32,000 nt of DNA from Synechococcus sp. A15-24 (lineage in GTDB: Bacteria; Cyanobacteriota; Cyanobacteriia; PCC-6307; Cyanobiaceae), in contig NZ_CP047960.1 of assembly GCF_014280195.1 (NCBI RefSeq), positions 1,770,001-1,802,000 of the forward strand. Reading direction: 5' to 3'. Position numbers and translations under genes: made by a program. Positions 1 to 9,253 of the stretch are shown piece after piece. Numbering within the stretch: the first letter of the stretch is position 1; each line of letters begins with the position of its first letter. The notes under the pieces are model-generated. The model saw only the letters and a list, made by a program, of their open reading frames with translations, made no database searches and was not told the origin of the DNA.

Positions 1-170
1 TTCCCAGTCTGTTCCCATTGGCGACCAGACAACAACCAAAGCGCCAGTGGCAGCACCATCCAGCCCAGCCATCCGAGGCGGAGAACTGAAGTGAGAACGG
101 CTTCAAGGGGCTCCACCAGCCAGTGCAGCAGGCCCAGCAGCAGCAGGATGCACCCAATCAATGTCGTCAT
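1..170 (-). CDS. Partial CDS (first 56 codons, continues past left window edge): small hydrophobic/membrane protein, function unknown
   Basis: Not in the ORF track because the window truncates it. Reverse-strand ATG at 170-168 overlaps the TGA (169-167) of the upstream gene as ATGA. My translation MTTLIGCILLLLGLLHWLVEPLEAVLTSVLRLGWLGWMVLPLALWLLSGRQWEQTG stays open to position 1 and is strongly hydrophobic. Confidence 0.45.
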   Translation of the reverse strand, partial: MTTLIGCILLLLGLLHWLVEPLEAVLTSVLRLGWLGWMVLPLALWLLSGRQWEQTG

Positions 171-772
171 CCGCCTTCGGTGACCCTCTGAGGCATCACA
201 GCACCCTGGCGCAGCACGTTCCATCGTCCTGAGGACGTCCAGCTGATGACGGTGCTGGCCTGCCCCGAAGGAGGGAGCCAGGGTTGAGGCCCCAACTGAG
301 GAAGGTTGGGGAAGTAGACCGCAGCCTGCTCCGGAGTCATGGCTGCTGGATCTCCGGAAGGATTCGCACTGCTGGTGGCCAGGGGACCGGTGCGGTGCAG
401 CAGCTCGCGACACTGACGACAGTTGGGAATACGGAGTCCGAGACAGGTTCCCCCTGGGTTGAGCGCCTCGAGGACCGCCCCATGGGCCGGAACCACCAGG
501 GTCAGGGCTCCAGGCCAATGCCGCTCAGCCATCCAGCGAGCATCGTCGCGACAGGACGGCTGGGCATGGCGCAGCAACACCTCCGCCGTCGCCCCCAGCA
601 GGATCAATGGTTTATCGGCAGGCCTGCGCTTGAGTCGCCAGATGTCACCAGCATGCGACGGAGCAATGGCGAGCCCTGGCACGGTGTCGGTGGGGATCAC
701 CGCCGCACCACCTTGAAGAAGGTGCTCTGCCAGCTCGTGGGAAGCCAGCACCCTGGCTCGATGCCTGCTCAT
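167..772 (-). CDS. tsaC: L-threonylcarbamoyladenylate synthase, YrdC/TsaC/Sua5 family (single-domain form)
   Basis: The ORF 167..943 contains VIPTDTVPGLAI...KRRPADKPLILL...LGLRIP...PLATSSANPSG, typical of YrdC/Sua5. I place the start at the internal ATG (MSRHRARV...) at 772 because it forms an ATGA overlap with the prmC stop. The 57-aa upstream extension is Arg/Pro-rich and overlaps prmC. Confidence 0.8.
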   Translation of the reverse strand: MSRHRARVLASHELAEHLLQGGAAVIPTDTVPGLAIAPSHAGDIWRLKRRPADKPLILLGATAEVLLRHAQPSCRDDARWMAERHWPGALTLVVPAHGAVLEALNPGGTCLGLRIPNCRQCRELLHRTGPLATSSANPSGDPAAMTPEQAAVYFPNLPQLGPQPWLPPSGQASTVISWTSSGRWNVLRQGAVMPQRVTEGG

Positions 773-1659
773 GAGCAAGGGGAGAGCGATCGGCGGGCCA
801 GAGCGAAGCGGTTGACGCCTTCGAGATCTCGGGCCGCACGGATGGAGCTCAAGCCAGCCTGGTTTAACAGGTTGAGCACCGGCGCACTCTGATCGTGGTG
901 ATGCTCGATCAGGATCCACCCTCCCGGAGCCAGAGCACGACAAGCTCCCGCCACAACCTCACGGATCGCCTGCAAACCGTCGATTCCACCGGCTAAGGCC
1001 AGATGGGGTTCATGATCACGGACCACAGGATCGAGGTTGAGGATCAGGTCGGACGGGATGTAAGGGGGGTTGCAGACCACAAGATTGATGTGTCCCCACC
1101 ACGGCTCCAGCGGTTCCCACCAACGGCCCTGGTGCAGATGCCACTCCCCCTCGGGAGCCAGAGCCTCAAGATTGGTCCTGGCTAATGCAAGGGCATCGGG
1201 GCTGAGATCGACAGCATGGCCCGGGGTCGCCGACATCGCCCGACTGAGGGCAACGGCGATGGCTCCAGATCCTGTCCCCAGATCGGCCCAACGTTCGATG
1301 GACATCCCGGCGATCGTCTCCAGCGCTAGATCCACAAGCACTTCCGTTTCCTGGCGCGGGATCAGGGCTGCGGCCGACACCGCCAGTTCAAGATCGCGCC
1401 AGGGACAGCGGCCAACAAGATGCTGCAGGGGAATGGCTTGGTCGAGATGATGCCCCCAGATCTGCTCGAGATCCTTCAGCGAAAGCTTCAGCTGCACAGT
1501 GCGCTGCGGCTCCACCAGCAGGCGCTGGAGAGACGACCATGACAGCCCCCCGGCGAGGTCCAGAAGCCAATCGAAGTCGACACGACGCCCCCCTCGCTGA
1601 AGCTGCCGACGTCGCCAATTCAGCAGCGATGCCCCCTCCAGCTGCTGGGCAGTGGTCAC
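769..1659 (-). CDS. prmC: Release factor glutamine N5-methyltransferase PrmC (HemK)
   Basis: 296 aa with the SAM-binding DLGTGSGAIA motif and the catalytic NPPY motif (VVCNPPYIP). The GTG start overlaps the dprA stop as GTGA. Confidence 0.9.
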   Translation of the reverse strand: MTTAQQLEGASLLNWRRRQLQRGGRRVDFDWLLDLAGGLSWSSLQRLLVEPQRTVQLKLSLKDLEQIWGHHLDQAIPLQHLVGRCPWRDLELAVSAAALIPRQETEVLVDLALETIAGMSIERWADLGTGSGAIAVALSRAMSATPGHAVDLSPDALALARTNLEALAPEGEWHLHQGRWWEPLEPWWGHINLVVCNPPYIPSDLILNLDPVVRDHEPHLALAGGIDGLQAIREVVAGACRALAPGGWILIEHHHDQSAPVLNLLNQAGLSSIRAARDLEGVNRFALARRSLSPCS

Positions 1660-2720
1660 GGCCGACAGGGCTTCCAGAGAAATCCAGACTCACACACCAC
1701 CTGCCCTGCCAATTCCAGCTCGAGCAGATCGCTGGCCAGGCGACCAGCCGGCAGCTTGAGGGTCTGTTGAAGCTGCTCGATGGAGGCTCCCGCGCCCAGA
1801 GCCTTCACAAGAGCAGGGGCCGTGGCATTGGCCTTGTGGCAAGGCCCGGGGCCGAGATGCTCCACAAGCTCCTTTGGAGACAGCAAGGGCGCAGCCGCGT
1901 TCTGCAGAAGCCTGTTGCTGCCACGACTGGACCAGCGCCCCGCATCACCGGGGACAACCCAGACAGGACACTGTTGCTCTGCGGCGAGGCGCGCTGAGAT
2001 CAAAGCACCGCTGCGATCCGGACACTCCACCACCACCAAAGCGCAGGAAAGACTTACTAACAGGCGGTTCCTGGCAGCAAAGTGACCTGGCTGAACAGAC
2101 TCCCCAGGCTGGCGCTCGCTCAACAACAAACCGTTGCGAGCGACCTCCTCTTGCAGTGCCTGGTGATGCCGCGGATACACACGATCCAGCGGTGTTCCCA
2201 GCACAGCGACGGGAACGCCATCAGCCGCCAGACAACCGCGGTGAGCCGCCGCATCGATCCCCTCCGCCAGACCACTGACCACTGGCCAGCCGGCTCCAGC
2301 CAGAACACTGCCCAGATGTTCTGCCATGCGGAGGCCATGGTCCGAGGCAGCACGGGTTCCGACCACGGCCACAGCGCGGCGCTGACCCAGCCAAGCAAGA
2401 ACATCCGCACGCCCCTGCTGATGGAGCACCAGTGGGGGCCGATCAAGCTTGTTCAACCCCTGGGGCCAAATCTGATCCAGGGGGGTCAGAACATTGCTCG
2501 GGATCTTGAGCTGGGGGCTGCTGCCGTGCAGCCGCCGGTAACGCTCTACCTTGTCGAGCAGTGGGTCAGGCCAGGAAAGCACCTTAGCGAGGCGTTCCCT
2601 GGACCATGCCCAGCAGTCATCGAGGCCCACACCATGCTCAAGGGCAGCGGCCTGTAGCGCAGCCATCCGCGAAGACCCGATGCCCGGGCATCCACTCCAA
2701 GCCCACCACCATCCGCGCAT
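1656..2720 (-). CDS. dprA: DNA processing protein DprA (Smf)
   Basis: 354 aa with the DprA Rossmann-like core: VAVVGTRAASDHGLRMAEHLGSVLAGAGWPVVSGLAEGIDAAAHRGCL...GVPVAVLGTPLDRVYP. The start could instead be the internal MAALQ (19 codons downstream). Confidence 0.85.
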   Translation of the reverse strand: MRGWWWAWSGCPGIGSSRMAALQAAALEHGVGLDDCWAWSRERLAKVLSWPDPLLDKVERYRRLHGSSPQLKIPSNVLTPLDQIWPQGLNKLDRPPLVLHQQGRADVLAWLGQRRAVAVVGTRAASDHGLRMAEHLGSVLAGAGWPVVSGLAEGIDAAAHRGCLAADGVPVAVLGTPLDRVYPRHHQALQEEVARNGLLLSERQPGESVQPGHFAARNRLLVSLSCALVVVECPDRSGALISARLAAEQQCPVWVVPGDAGRWSSRGSNRLLQNAAAPLLSPKELVEHLGPGPCHKANATAPALVKALGAGASIEQLQQTLKLPAGRLASDLLELELAGQVVCESGFLWKPCRP

Positions 2721-2741
2721 CCACGAACTAATACAGATGTA

Positions 2742-3194
2742 TCACTCTAGAGTGTTAGAGGGTCCTCCCTGGAGTGCGGACAGAGCGGGGCGGACGGCCT
2801 CTGGAGGCTGTCGAAGCAGCCGCCCACGACCCAGGATCACCAGCTCCACCCGGGCCTCAGCCATGACCCGCCCATCGAGCAAAAAACAGCTCCGCCAGTG
2901 CCAGCGCACCCCTGATTGGGACCCACAGTGACTCTCGAGCACAATTTGGTCGCCATGACGGATGGACCGGCGGTATTCCAGGTTCATTGCCACGACAGGC
3001 ATTTCCACTCCCATGGTCGCCATCGCTGAATAACTCAATCCAGCAGCAGCCAGCGCTTCAACTCGCGCCTCCTCCAGCCAGGCCACATAGGCCCCGTGCC
3101 ACATCACCCCGGCATGGTCGGTGTGCTGGGGCAACACCCGCTTGCAGAGCCTCCAGGGTTGGGGCGTAACGCTGTCCGTCAGCTTGTCCTGCAC
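2742..3194 (-). CDS. Acyl-CoA thioesterase, hotdog fold (4HBT/YbgC-like); possibly the cyanobacterial DHNA-CoA thioesterase type
   Basis: 150 aa. The motif TDHAGVMWHGAYVAWLEEARVEAL is typical of 4-hydroxybenzoyl-CoA thioesterase-like proteins. The specific substrate is inference only. Confidence 0.7.
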   Translation of the reverse strand: MQDKLTDSVTPQPWRLCKRVLPQHTDHAGVMWHGAYVAWLEEARVEALAAAGLSYSAMATMGVEMPVVAMNLEYRRSIRHGDQIVLESHCGSQSGVRWHWRSCFLLDGRVMAEARVELVILGRGRLLRQPPEAVRPALSALQGGPSNTLE

Positions 3195-3238
3195 TCGGAA
3201 TCCTGCCCATAGGCTTTCGATCAGGTTGCCGCAACACC

Positions 3239-4087
3239 GTGTTCAAAAAACTCCTGATCGCCGATTCCGGCAAAGGGCATGTGGAGGAAATGATCCGGAT
3301 GCTGCAGGACATCCCCTCCATGCGCAGCGCCGCTATGGCACTGCTGCACGTGATCCCTGAACAGAGCAAAGCCGGGGCCGATAGCCATCGCATCGATGCT
3401 GAAGAACTACTGGACAGCGCCGTCAATCGGATGGGACTTGAGCGCAGTCTCGTCACACCACTGGTGAGAGAGGGAGACACAAAGCAGACCGTGCTCAAGG
3501 TGGCTGAAGAGCAGAACTGCGACCTGATCGTGATGGGCTCACGGGGGCTTGGACGTCTCCAGTCGATCCTGGCCAACAGTGCCAGCCAGTACGTCTTCCA
3601 GCTCTCCACCCGACCGATGCTGCTGGTGCGTGACGACCTTTACGTAAGGCACGTCAACCGCGTGATGGTGACCATCGATGGCACGGGTGTGGGAGACGAC
3701 GCCCTGCGCAGCGCCTGCGAACTGGTGCAGCAGATTCCAGGCGGCACCCTCACGGGTGTTCACGTCATCTCTCAGGAGACAGCTCCAAGCCGTGGCGGCC
3801 TCAGCAAAGCCGACGAACTTCTTCAAGCGGCGGCACAACGGGCCCGCAGCTTCGGGGTGGAACTGAAATGCCTCACCGTTCAGGGCAAAGATATTGGCCG
3901 GGCGGTCTGCCAGGCCGCAGAGCAGGCCAATGCTGATCTTCTGGTGATCGCCTCCCAGGACCGTCGGCCCCTTGTGGCTCGGGGTCTTGTCGATCTCGAC
4001 AAGCTTCTGGGCGGATCAGTCAGTGACTACATCCGCGTGCACGCCCCAGCGCCTGTCTTGCTGGTTCGCGAGCCAGAACGCGGCTGA
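3239..4087 (+). CDS. Universal stress protein, tandem Usp domains
   Basis: 282 aa with a GTG start. Two Usp-like halves each end in a G-S-x-G/ATP-binding-like motif region (LIVMGSRGLGRLQSILANSASQYV and LLVIASQDRRPLVARGLVDLDKLLGGSVSDYI). Confidence 0.8.
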   Translation: MFKKLLIADSGKGHVEEMIRMLQDIPSMRSAAMALLHVIPEQSKAGADSHRIDAEELLDSAVNRMGLERSLVTPLVREGDTKQTVLKVAEEQNCDLIVMGSRGLGRLQSILANSASQYVFQLSTRPMLLVRDDLYVRHVNRVMVTIDGTGVGDDALRSACELVQQIPGGTLTGVHVISQETAPSRGGLSKADELLQAAAQRARSFGVELKCLTVQGKDIGRAVCQAAEQANADLLVIASQDRRPLVARGLVDLDKLLGGSVSDYIRVHAPAPVLLVREPERG

Positions 4088-4089
4088 GA

Positions 4090-4194
4090 TCAACCCTCGC
4101 TGCGGTTGGTGCCGATGTAGAGGACGATCAGGAAAATTGCCGGAACCAGGATGAACAGGAGACTGGCGACGAATCCGAGATCGTTGGTTTCCAT
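4090..4194 (-). CDS. psbM: Photosystem II reaction centre protein M
   Basis: Below the ORF-track size cut-off. Manual reverse-strand translation gives METNDLGFVASLLFILVPAIFLIVLYIGTNRSEG (34 aa), the conserved PsbM sequence with a single TM helix. The ATG is at 4194-4192 and the TGA at 4092-4090. Confidence 0.9.
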   Translation of the reverse strand: METNDLGFVASLLFILVPAIFLIVLYIGTNRSEG

Positions 4195-4253
4195 GGCCGC
4201 TGAAGGTTTCCAGGCGAAGGTATCACCGGCCCAAGGCCATCGACCAAGACGCT

Positions 4254-4715
4254 TCAGTCCTCGTCATCGGCAGTAGCAGCCTTGGTGTCCTCATCGGATG
4301 ATTCTTCGGCCTCGTCTTCGGCCTCGGGGGGTGTTGGCCAGGCCAGAGGTCCGGCAGGAAGTGGCGCCTGACGCGCTGCGTTCAAGCGGTTGTCGGCGTC
4401 CGGCAGGCGCACCTGGGGGCGGGTCAGGACCATCACCGACGTCTCCACCAAGGCCTGACAGGCAAGGCGCCATTCGGCCGGACGTCGGCGAAGCTTGTTG
4501 TCCTCAACGGGCGTACGGGCCGTCAACGCCTCCTTCCCACCTTCATCGACAACGGAAACGAAACAAGTAATGCATTGGCCACAGCCACCGCAGTTCCCCA
4601 GCTGACCTTTCAATCCGTAAAGCTCGATGCCCTCGCGCAGGGCCACCTCCCGCAGGTTTTCGCCCGGATAACACTCAACATCACGACCTTCACGGACAAA
4701 ACGGATCACCGGCAT
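4254..4715 (-). CDS. 2Fe-2S ferredoxin-like protein with acidic C-terminal tail
   Basis: 153 aa. The cysteine pattern GNCGGCGQCITC plus the downstream LACQ resembles plant-type/2Fe-2S binding domains. The C-terminus EAEDEAEESSDEDTKAATADDED is highly acidic. Confidence 0.75.
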   Translation of the reverse strand: MPVIRFVREGRDVECYPGENLREVALREGIELYGLKGQLGNCGGCGQCITCFVSVVDEGGKEALTARTPVEDNKLRRRPAEWRLACQALVETSVMVLTRPQVRLPDADNRLNAARQAPLPAGPLAWPTPPEAEDEAEESSDEDTKAATADDED

Positions 4716-4903
4716 GGGAGATGTCGTCAGCAGCGGCCACCACTATGCGACCAAGGGTTGCGTTTTGTGAACAGCTGATCGCGATCATTCGTGTCACCGA
4801 GCGTTTCAGCTGAGGCGACCTCCCACCGCTCCCAGAGAAGAACCCCTTACCATCGCGAAGTCTGATTGCGTTTACACGCGGTCTTGTCCCCCGAACCTGA
4901 CCC

Positions 4904-6463
4904 ATGGGATTGCCCTGGTATCGGGTGCACACCGTTGTCATTAATGACCCGGGCCGCCTTCTGGCCGTGCACCTCATGCATACAGCCCTAGTTGCCGGCT
5001 GGGCCGGCTCCATGGCGCTGTACGAACTCGCCATTTTTGACCCTTCCGACCCTGTCCTGAACCCCATGTGGCGTCAGGGCATGTTCGTGATGCCATTCAT
5101 GTCACGTCTGGGCGTGACTGGCAGCTGGGGCGGTTGGAGCATCACCGGTGAAACCGGTGTCGATCCCGGCTTCTGGAGCTTTGAGGGTGTTGCTGCTGCT
5201 CACATCGTGTTTTCAGGCCTGCTGATGCTGGCCGCCATCTGGCACTGGACCTACTGGGATCTCGAGATCTGGCAGGACCCCCGCACCGGCGAACCCGCCC
5301 TCGATCTCCCCAAGATCTTCGGCATTCACCTTCTGCTGGCTGGTCTCGGCTGTTTTGGTTTCGGAGCGTTCCACCTCACCGGTGTCTTCGGCCCGGGCAT
5401 GTGGGTCTCAGATCCATACGGGATTACCGGACACCTCGAGGCTGTTCAACCGTCCTGGGGTCCTGAGGGATTCAATCCCTTCAACCCTGGTGGCATCGTT
5501 GCTCACCACATCGCGGCTGGAATCGTCGGCATCATCGCCGGCATCTTCCACATCACCACGCGTCCTCCCGAGCGCCTCTACAAGGCTCTTCGGATGGGCA
5601 ACATCGAAACAGTGTTGGCCAGCGCCATTGCAGCAGTGTTCTTTGCCGCTTTCATCGTGGCTGGAACCATGTGGTACGGCGCAGCTGCTACGCCTGTTGA
5701 GCTGTTTGGTCCGACCCGCTACCAGTGGGATCAGAGCTACTTCAAGACCGAGATCAACCGTCGTGTCCAGACCGCCATGGATGACGGTGCAACGCGTCAG
5801 GAGGCTTATGAGTCCATCCCTGAAAAGCTTGCTTTCTACGATTACGTCGGCAATAGCCCTGCCAAGGGTGGTTTGTTCCGTGTTGGCCCGATGGTGAATG
5901 GTGATGGTCTGGCCACCTCTTGGGTTGGTCACATCGTCTTCACCGACAAAGAGGGTCGTGAACTTGAGGTTCGCCGCCTGCCCAACTTCTTCGAGAACTT
6001 CCCTGTCGTCCTCCAGGATGAGCAAGGCATAGTGCGCGCCGACATTCCCTACCGTCGCGCAGAAGCCAAGTATTCCTTCGAACAGCAGGGCGTCACTGCT
6101 GAGGTGTTCGGTGGAGCTCTGGACGGTCAGAGATTTACCGATCCTGCTGACGTGAAGCGTCTAGCTCGTAAGGCTCAGCTTGGAGAGGGCTTTGACTTCG
6201 ACCGCGAGACCTACGGTTCCGACGGTGTCTTCCGCAGCTCACCCCGCGGCTGGTTCACCTTCGGCCACGCCACCTTTGCGCTGCTCTTCTTCTTCGGTCA
6301 CATCTGGCACGGTGCTCGCACCCTCTACCGCGATGTGTTTGCCGGTATCGACCCCGATCTCGGCGACCAGGTGGAATTCGGTCTGTTCGCCAAACTCGGC
6401 GACAAATCGACCCGCCGTCTGCCCGAGGGCTACGTTCCTCCCGCTGGAACACCCCTCAACTGA
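4904..6463 (+). CDS. psbB: Photosystem II CP47 chlorophyll apoprotein
   Basis: 519 aa with the canonical N-terminus [43 protein letters not shown] and CP47 features conserved throughout. Confidence 0.98.
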   Translation: MGLPWYRVHTVVINDPGRLLAVHLMHTALVAGWAGSMALYELAIFDPSDPVLNPMWRQGMFVMPFMSRLGVTGSWGGWSITGETGVDPGFWSFEGVAAAHIVFSGLLMLAAIWHWTYWDLEIWQDPRTGEPALDLPKIFGIHLLLAGLGCFGFGAFHLTGVFGPGMWVSDPYGITGHLEAVQPSWGPEGFNPFNPGGIVAHHIAAGIVGIIAGIFHITTRPPERLYKALRMGNIETVLASAIAAVFFAAFIVAGTMWYGAAATPVELFGPTRYQWDQSYFKTEINRRVQTAMDDGATRQEAYESIPEKLAFYDYVGNSPAKGGLFRVGPMVNGDGLATSWVGHIVFTDKEGRELEVRRLPNFFENFPVVLQDEQGIVRADIPYRRAEAKYSFEQQGVTAEVFGGALDGQRFTDPADVKRLARKAQLGEGFDFDRETYGSDGVFRSSPRGWFTFGHATFALLFFFGHIWHGARTLYRDVFAGIDPDLGDQVEFGLFAKLGDKSTRRLPEGYVPPAGTPLN

Positions 6464-6484
6464 TCGCCTCTCAGGAGACCCTCG

Positions 6485-6580
6485 ATGGAAAGCTTCGCTT
6501 ACGTCCTCATCCTTACCCTCGCGATTGCCACTCTGTTTTTTGCAATTGCATTCCGCGATCCCCCGAAAATCGGTAAGTGA
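6485..6580 (+). CDS. psbT: Photosystem II protein T
   Basis: Below the ORF-track cut-off. Manual translation gives [31 protein letters not shown] (31 aa), the conserved PsbT, 21 nt downstream of psbB (classical psbB-psbT arrangement). Confidence 0.92.
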   Translation: MESFAYVLILTLAIATLFFAIAFRDPPKIGK

Positions 6581-6588
6581 TCGATCCA

Positions 6589-6616
6589 AAAACCCCGCCA
6601 CGGCGGGGTTTTTTTG
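6589..6616 (+). terminator. Rho-independent terminator after psbB-psbT
   Basis: CCCCGCC (6593-6599), a 2-nt loop, GGCGGGG (6602-6608), then a run of 7 T (6609-6615). Confidence 0.75.
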
Positions 6617-6758
6617 TGACCTTTCCTGGATCCAATTCAACGCACCATCGGCCATCCACAGACGACGTCCACTGACAGGCAAAAAACGACGTAATACCGG
6701 CCTTTTCATCAGTCAGTTCAATGTTTAGAGTTGAGAGAGTTCTCTAACTGTTTCAGGC

Positions 6759-7241
6759 TTGCAGTGCCCTTCCTGCCAAAACACTGATAGCCGGGTGCTC
6801 GAATCACGGGCAGCTGATGGCGGCAGAAGTGTGCGCCGGCGACGTGAATGCCTGAACTGTGAGATTCGGTTCACCACCTACGAGCGCGTGGAAACCGTTC
6901 CCATCACGGTGATCAAGCGAAATGGAAACCGAGAAATCTTCAGCCGCAGCAAACTTCTGCATGGGCTCAACCGGGCGTGCGAAAAGACAGGCTTGGATGC
7001 CTCCCGGCTTGAAGCCCTTGTGGAAGAGCTGGAACTCAAGCTCCAGCAACGCAGTGGACGCGAAGTAAGCAGTGCTGAAATCGGTGAACTGGTGCTGGTG
7101 GAGCTGAAACAGATGAGCGAAGTTGCCTACATCCGTTTCGCTTCCGTTTACCGCCAATTCCAGGGCATCGATGATTTCGTTTCAACCCTGGAAACCATGA
7201 ACCGCAAACCCGGGCCGGGGCATCTCGCAGCCGTGGGCTGA
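6759..7241 (+). CDS. nrdR: Transcriptional repressor NrdR
   Basis: 160 aa with a TTG start. It has the N-terminal zinc ribbon CPSC...CLNC and an ATP-cone; [17 protein letters not shown]...[20 protein letters not shown] is near-canonical NrdR. Confidence 0.9.
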   Translation: MQCPSCQNTDSRVLESRAADGGRSVRRRRECLNCEIRFTTYERVETVPITVIKRNGNREIFSRSKLLHGLNRACEKTGLDASRLEALVEELELKLQQRSGREVSSAEIGELVLVELKQMSEVAYIRFASVYRQFQGIDDFVSTLETMNRKPGPGHLAAVG

Positions 7242-7342
7242 GCCCCACTGATCTGTAGGATTCATAGTTCTCCTTGAACCGTCGGCGGGCGGTTCATGCG
7301 AACCACTCGTACTACCCGCATGAGGTAGACCGCCATACCCCC

Positions 7343-8446
7343 ATGTCCGCGACTCCCACGGAAGAGCAGCTTCAGGACGTCCAAACCGCAGCGACCGAAG
7401 AGGTCAGCCAGGACGCCGCCGCAGCTGTCGCCAGCGTTGATGAAGCCTTCGAGGCCGCAGAAGATCTCGGCATCCCCGAGGACGTTCCCACCGCTGATGA
7501 TCCGGGCAGCCGAGCCAGCAGCCACAATCTCGATGACGCGGGATTCACCATTGATGAATTCGCTGCGCTGCTGAGCAAGTACGACTACAACTTCAAGCCT
7601 GGCGACATCGTTAACGGCACCGTCTTCGCCCTGGAAGCCAAGGGCGCAATGATCGATATCGGCGCTAAGACCGCTGCCTTCATGCCTCTGCAGGAGGTGT
7701 CGATCAATCGGGTGGAAGGGCTGAGCGATGTGCTGCAGCCCGGCGAGATCCGCGAGTTCTTCATCATGAGTGAAGAGAACGAGGATGGACAACTCGCGCT
7801 CTCGGTGCGGCGCATCGAATACCAACGGGCCTGGGAACGGGTGCGCCAGCTGCAGAAAGAGGACGCCACCATCTACTCCGAGGTGTTTGCCACCAACCGC
7901 GGTGGTGCCCTGGTTCGGGTGGAAGGCCTGAGGGGCTTTATCCCTGGCTCCCACATCAGCACCCGCAAACCGAAGGAAGAGCTGGTGGCCGACTTCCTGC
8001 CGCTGAAATTCCTCGAGGTGGATGAAGAGCGCAACCGCCTGGTGCTCAGCCATCGCCGTGCCCTGGTGGAGCGCAAGATGAATCGCCTCGAGGTCGGCGA
8101 AGTGGTGGTCGGCACCGTTCGCGGCATCAAGCCCTATGGCGCCTTCATCGACATCGGCGGCGTCAGCGGCCTGCTGCACATCTCGGAGATCAGCCATGAA
8201 CACATCGAGACCCCCCACTCGGTGCTCAACGTGAATGATCAGATGAAGGTGATGATCATCGATCTCGACGCTGAACGAGGCCGGATCTCACTTTCAACCA
8301 AAGCACTGGAACCGGAGCCCGGAGACATGCTCACCGACCCCCAGAAGGTGTTCGAGAAAGCAGAGGAAATGGCTGCCCGCTACAAGCAGATGCTGCTGGA
8401 GCAGGCCGAGGAAGGAGAGGATCCGATCAGTTCCATGATGATCTGA
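7343..8446 (+). CDS. rpsA: 30S ribosomal protein S1 (with acidic N-terminal extension)
   Basis: S1 domains are recognisable (FKPGDIVNGTVFALEAKGAMIDIGAKTAAFMP; GTVRGIKPYGAFIDIGGVSGLLHISEIS). I place the start at the first ATG (MSATPTEE, 7343) rather than the non-ATG ORF-track start at 7274. Confidence 0.9.
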   Translation: MSATPTEEQLQDVQTAATEEVSQDAAAAVASVDEAFEAAEDLGIPEDVPTADDPGSRASSHNLDDAGFTIDEFAALLSKYDYNFKPGDIVNGTVFALEAKGAMIDIGAKTAAFMPLQEVSINRVEGLSDVLQPGEIREFFIMSEENEDGQLALSVRRIEYQRAWERVRQLQKEDATIYSEVFATNRGGALVRVEGLRGFIPGSHISTRKPKEELVADFLPLKFLEVDEERNRLVLSHRRALVERKMNRLEVGEVVVGTVRGIKPYGAFIDIGGVSGLLHISEISHEHIETPHSVLNVNDQMKVMIIDLDAERGRISLSTKALEPEPGDMLTDPQKVFEKAEEMAARYKQMLLEQAEEGEDPISSMMI

Positions 8447-8452
8447 TTCGCC

Positions 8453-9229
8453 ATGGCGACACTGCTGCTGAGGGGTGTTCCCATCGGCACAATCCAGGGG
8501 GTGCTGTTCGACAAGGACGGCACCCTTTCCCATAGCGAGCCGTACTTGCTCGATCTAGCCGAACGACGGATTCAGATCGCTGAAGAGCTCTGGAACTGCC
8601 AAGCCCCCTCCCCCAAAGAGGAGAACACGCTCGGGCCGATGTTGCGCCGTGCCTTCGGCATTCAAGGCGAACAGCTGCACCCTGGTGGAACCCTGGCGGT
8701 TGCTGCACGACAGGACAACCTCACCACCATGGCCACAGTGTTCTGTCTGCATGGATGCAGCTGGCCCACTGCAATCGCTCTGGCCCAGAGCTGTTTTGAT
8801 CAATGCGATCAGCAGGAGCACGATCGAAACAGCATCAGTCCACTGCTGGATGGAGCTGAAGACCTCCTGCGCTGCTTGCATTCAAAGGGCATCACCAACG
8901 CCATCATCAGCAACGACACCCGTGCAGGGATCCACGCCTTTCTCCAGCATCACGGCCTCAGTCATCTGATCGCTGCCTGTTGGAGTGCCAATGACAGCCC
9001 GCGGAAACCGGATCCTGCCGCTGTTTTGAGTCTCTGTTCACGTTTGGGGCTCGATCCTGAAGAGTGCGCCTTGATCGGTGATGCCGAAACCGATCTACAG
9101 ATGGCAGCGGCCGCTGGCATCCGTCTGGTGATCGGCTACGGCGGTGGCTGGGGACTGACACCCGAACTCCCCAGCGCTACACATTGGTTGGACAACTGGG
9201 CGGAGATGGGGCTAGAAGCCGACCCGTAA
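8453..9229 (+). CDS. HAD-superfamily hydrolase (subfamily IA-like phosphatase)
   Basis: 258 aa with HAD motif I (VLFDKDGTL), motif II-like ISND and motif IV-like IGDAETDLQMA. The substrate is unknown. Confidence 0.75.
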   Translation: MATLLLRGVPIGTIQGVLFDKDGTLSHSEPYLLDLAERRIQIAEELWNCQAPSPKEENTLGPMLRRAFGIQGEQLHPGGTLAVAARQDNLTTMATVFCLHGCSWPTAIALAQSCFDQCDQQEHDRNSISPLLDGAEDLLRCLHSKGITNAIISNDTRAGIHAFLQHHGLSHLIAACWSANDSPRKPDPAAVLSLCSRLGLDPEECALIGDAETDLQMAAAAGIRLVIGYGGGWGLTPELPSATHWLDNWAEMGLEADP

Positions 9230-9253
9230 AGTCCTGCCACAAGATTCCATTCC

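Noticed and set aside
773-943. N-terminal extensions offered by the ORF track for tsaC (to 943), rpsA (7274), aplA (16045), the pentapeptide protein (17460), mpeB (26020), mpeA (26526), cpeZ (30652) and the 162-aa form of the first trio gene (24611).
   Set aside because: The extensions overlap the upstream gene or an intergenic spacer, and start at non-ATG codons or encode atypical sequence. The internal ATGs reproduce the canonical N-termini (MLDAFSR, MKSVITT, MSATPTEE, etc.) or form classic stop/start overlaps.
7262-8218. Long antisense ORFs opposite real genes. Examples are 7262..8218(-), 9212..10573(-), 10635..11705(-), 5408..6025(-), 26083..26613(-), 16727..17371(-), and many 60-200-aa ORFs in the first 4 kb.
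   Set aside because: They lie opposite unmistakable conserved genes (rpsA, metK, FGGY kinase, psbB, mpeB, cpcG2). Their products are low-complexity and Arg/Gly/Ala/Val-rich, as expected for shadow frames in GC-rich coding DNA.
9230-9253. Possible SAM riboswitch upstream of metK.
   Set aside because: Only 24 nt separate the HAD gene stop from the metK start, which is far too short for any known SAM riboswitch aptamer.
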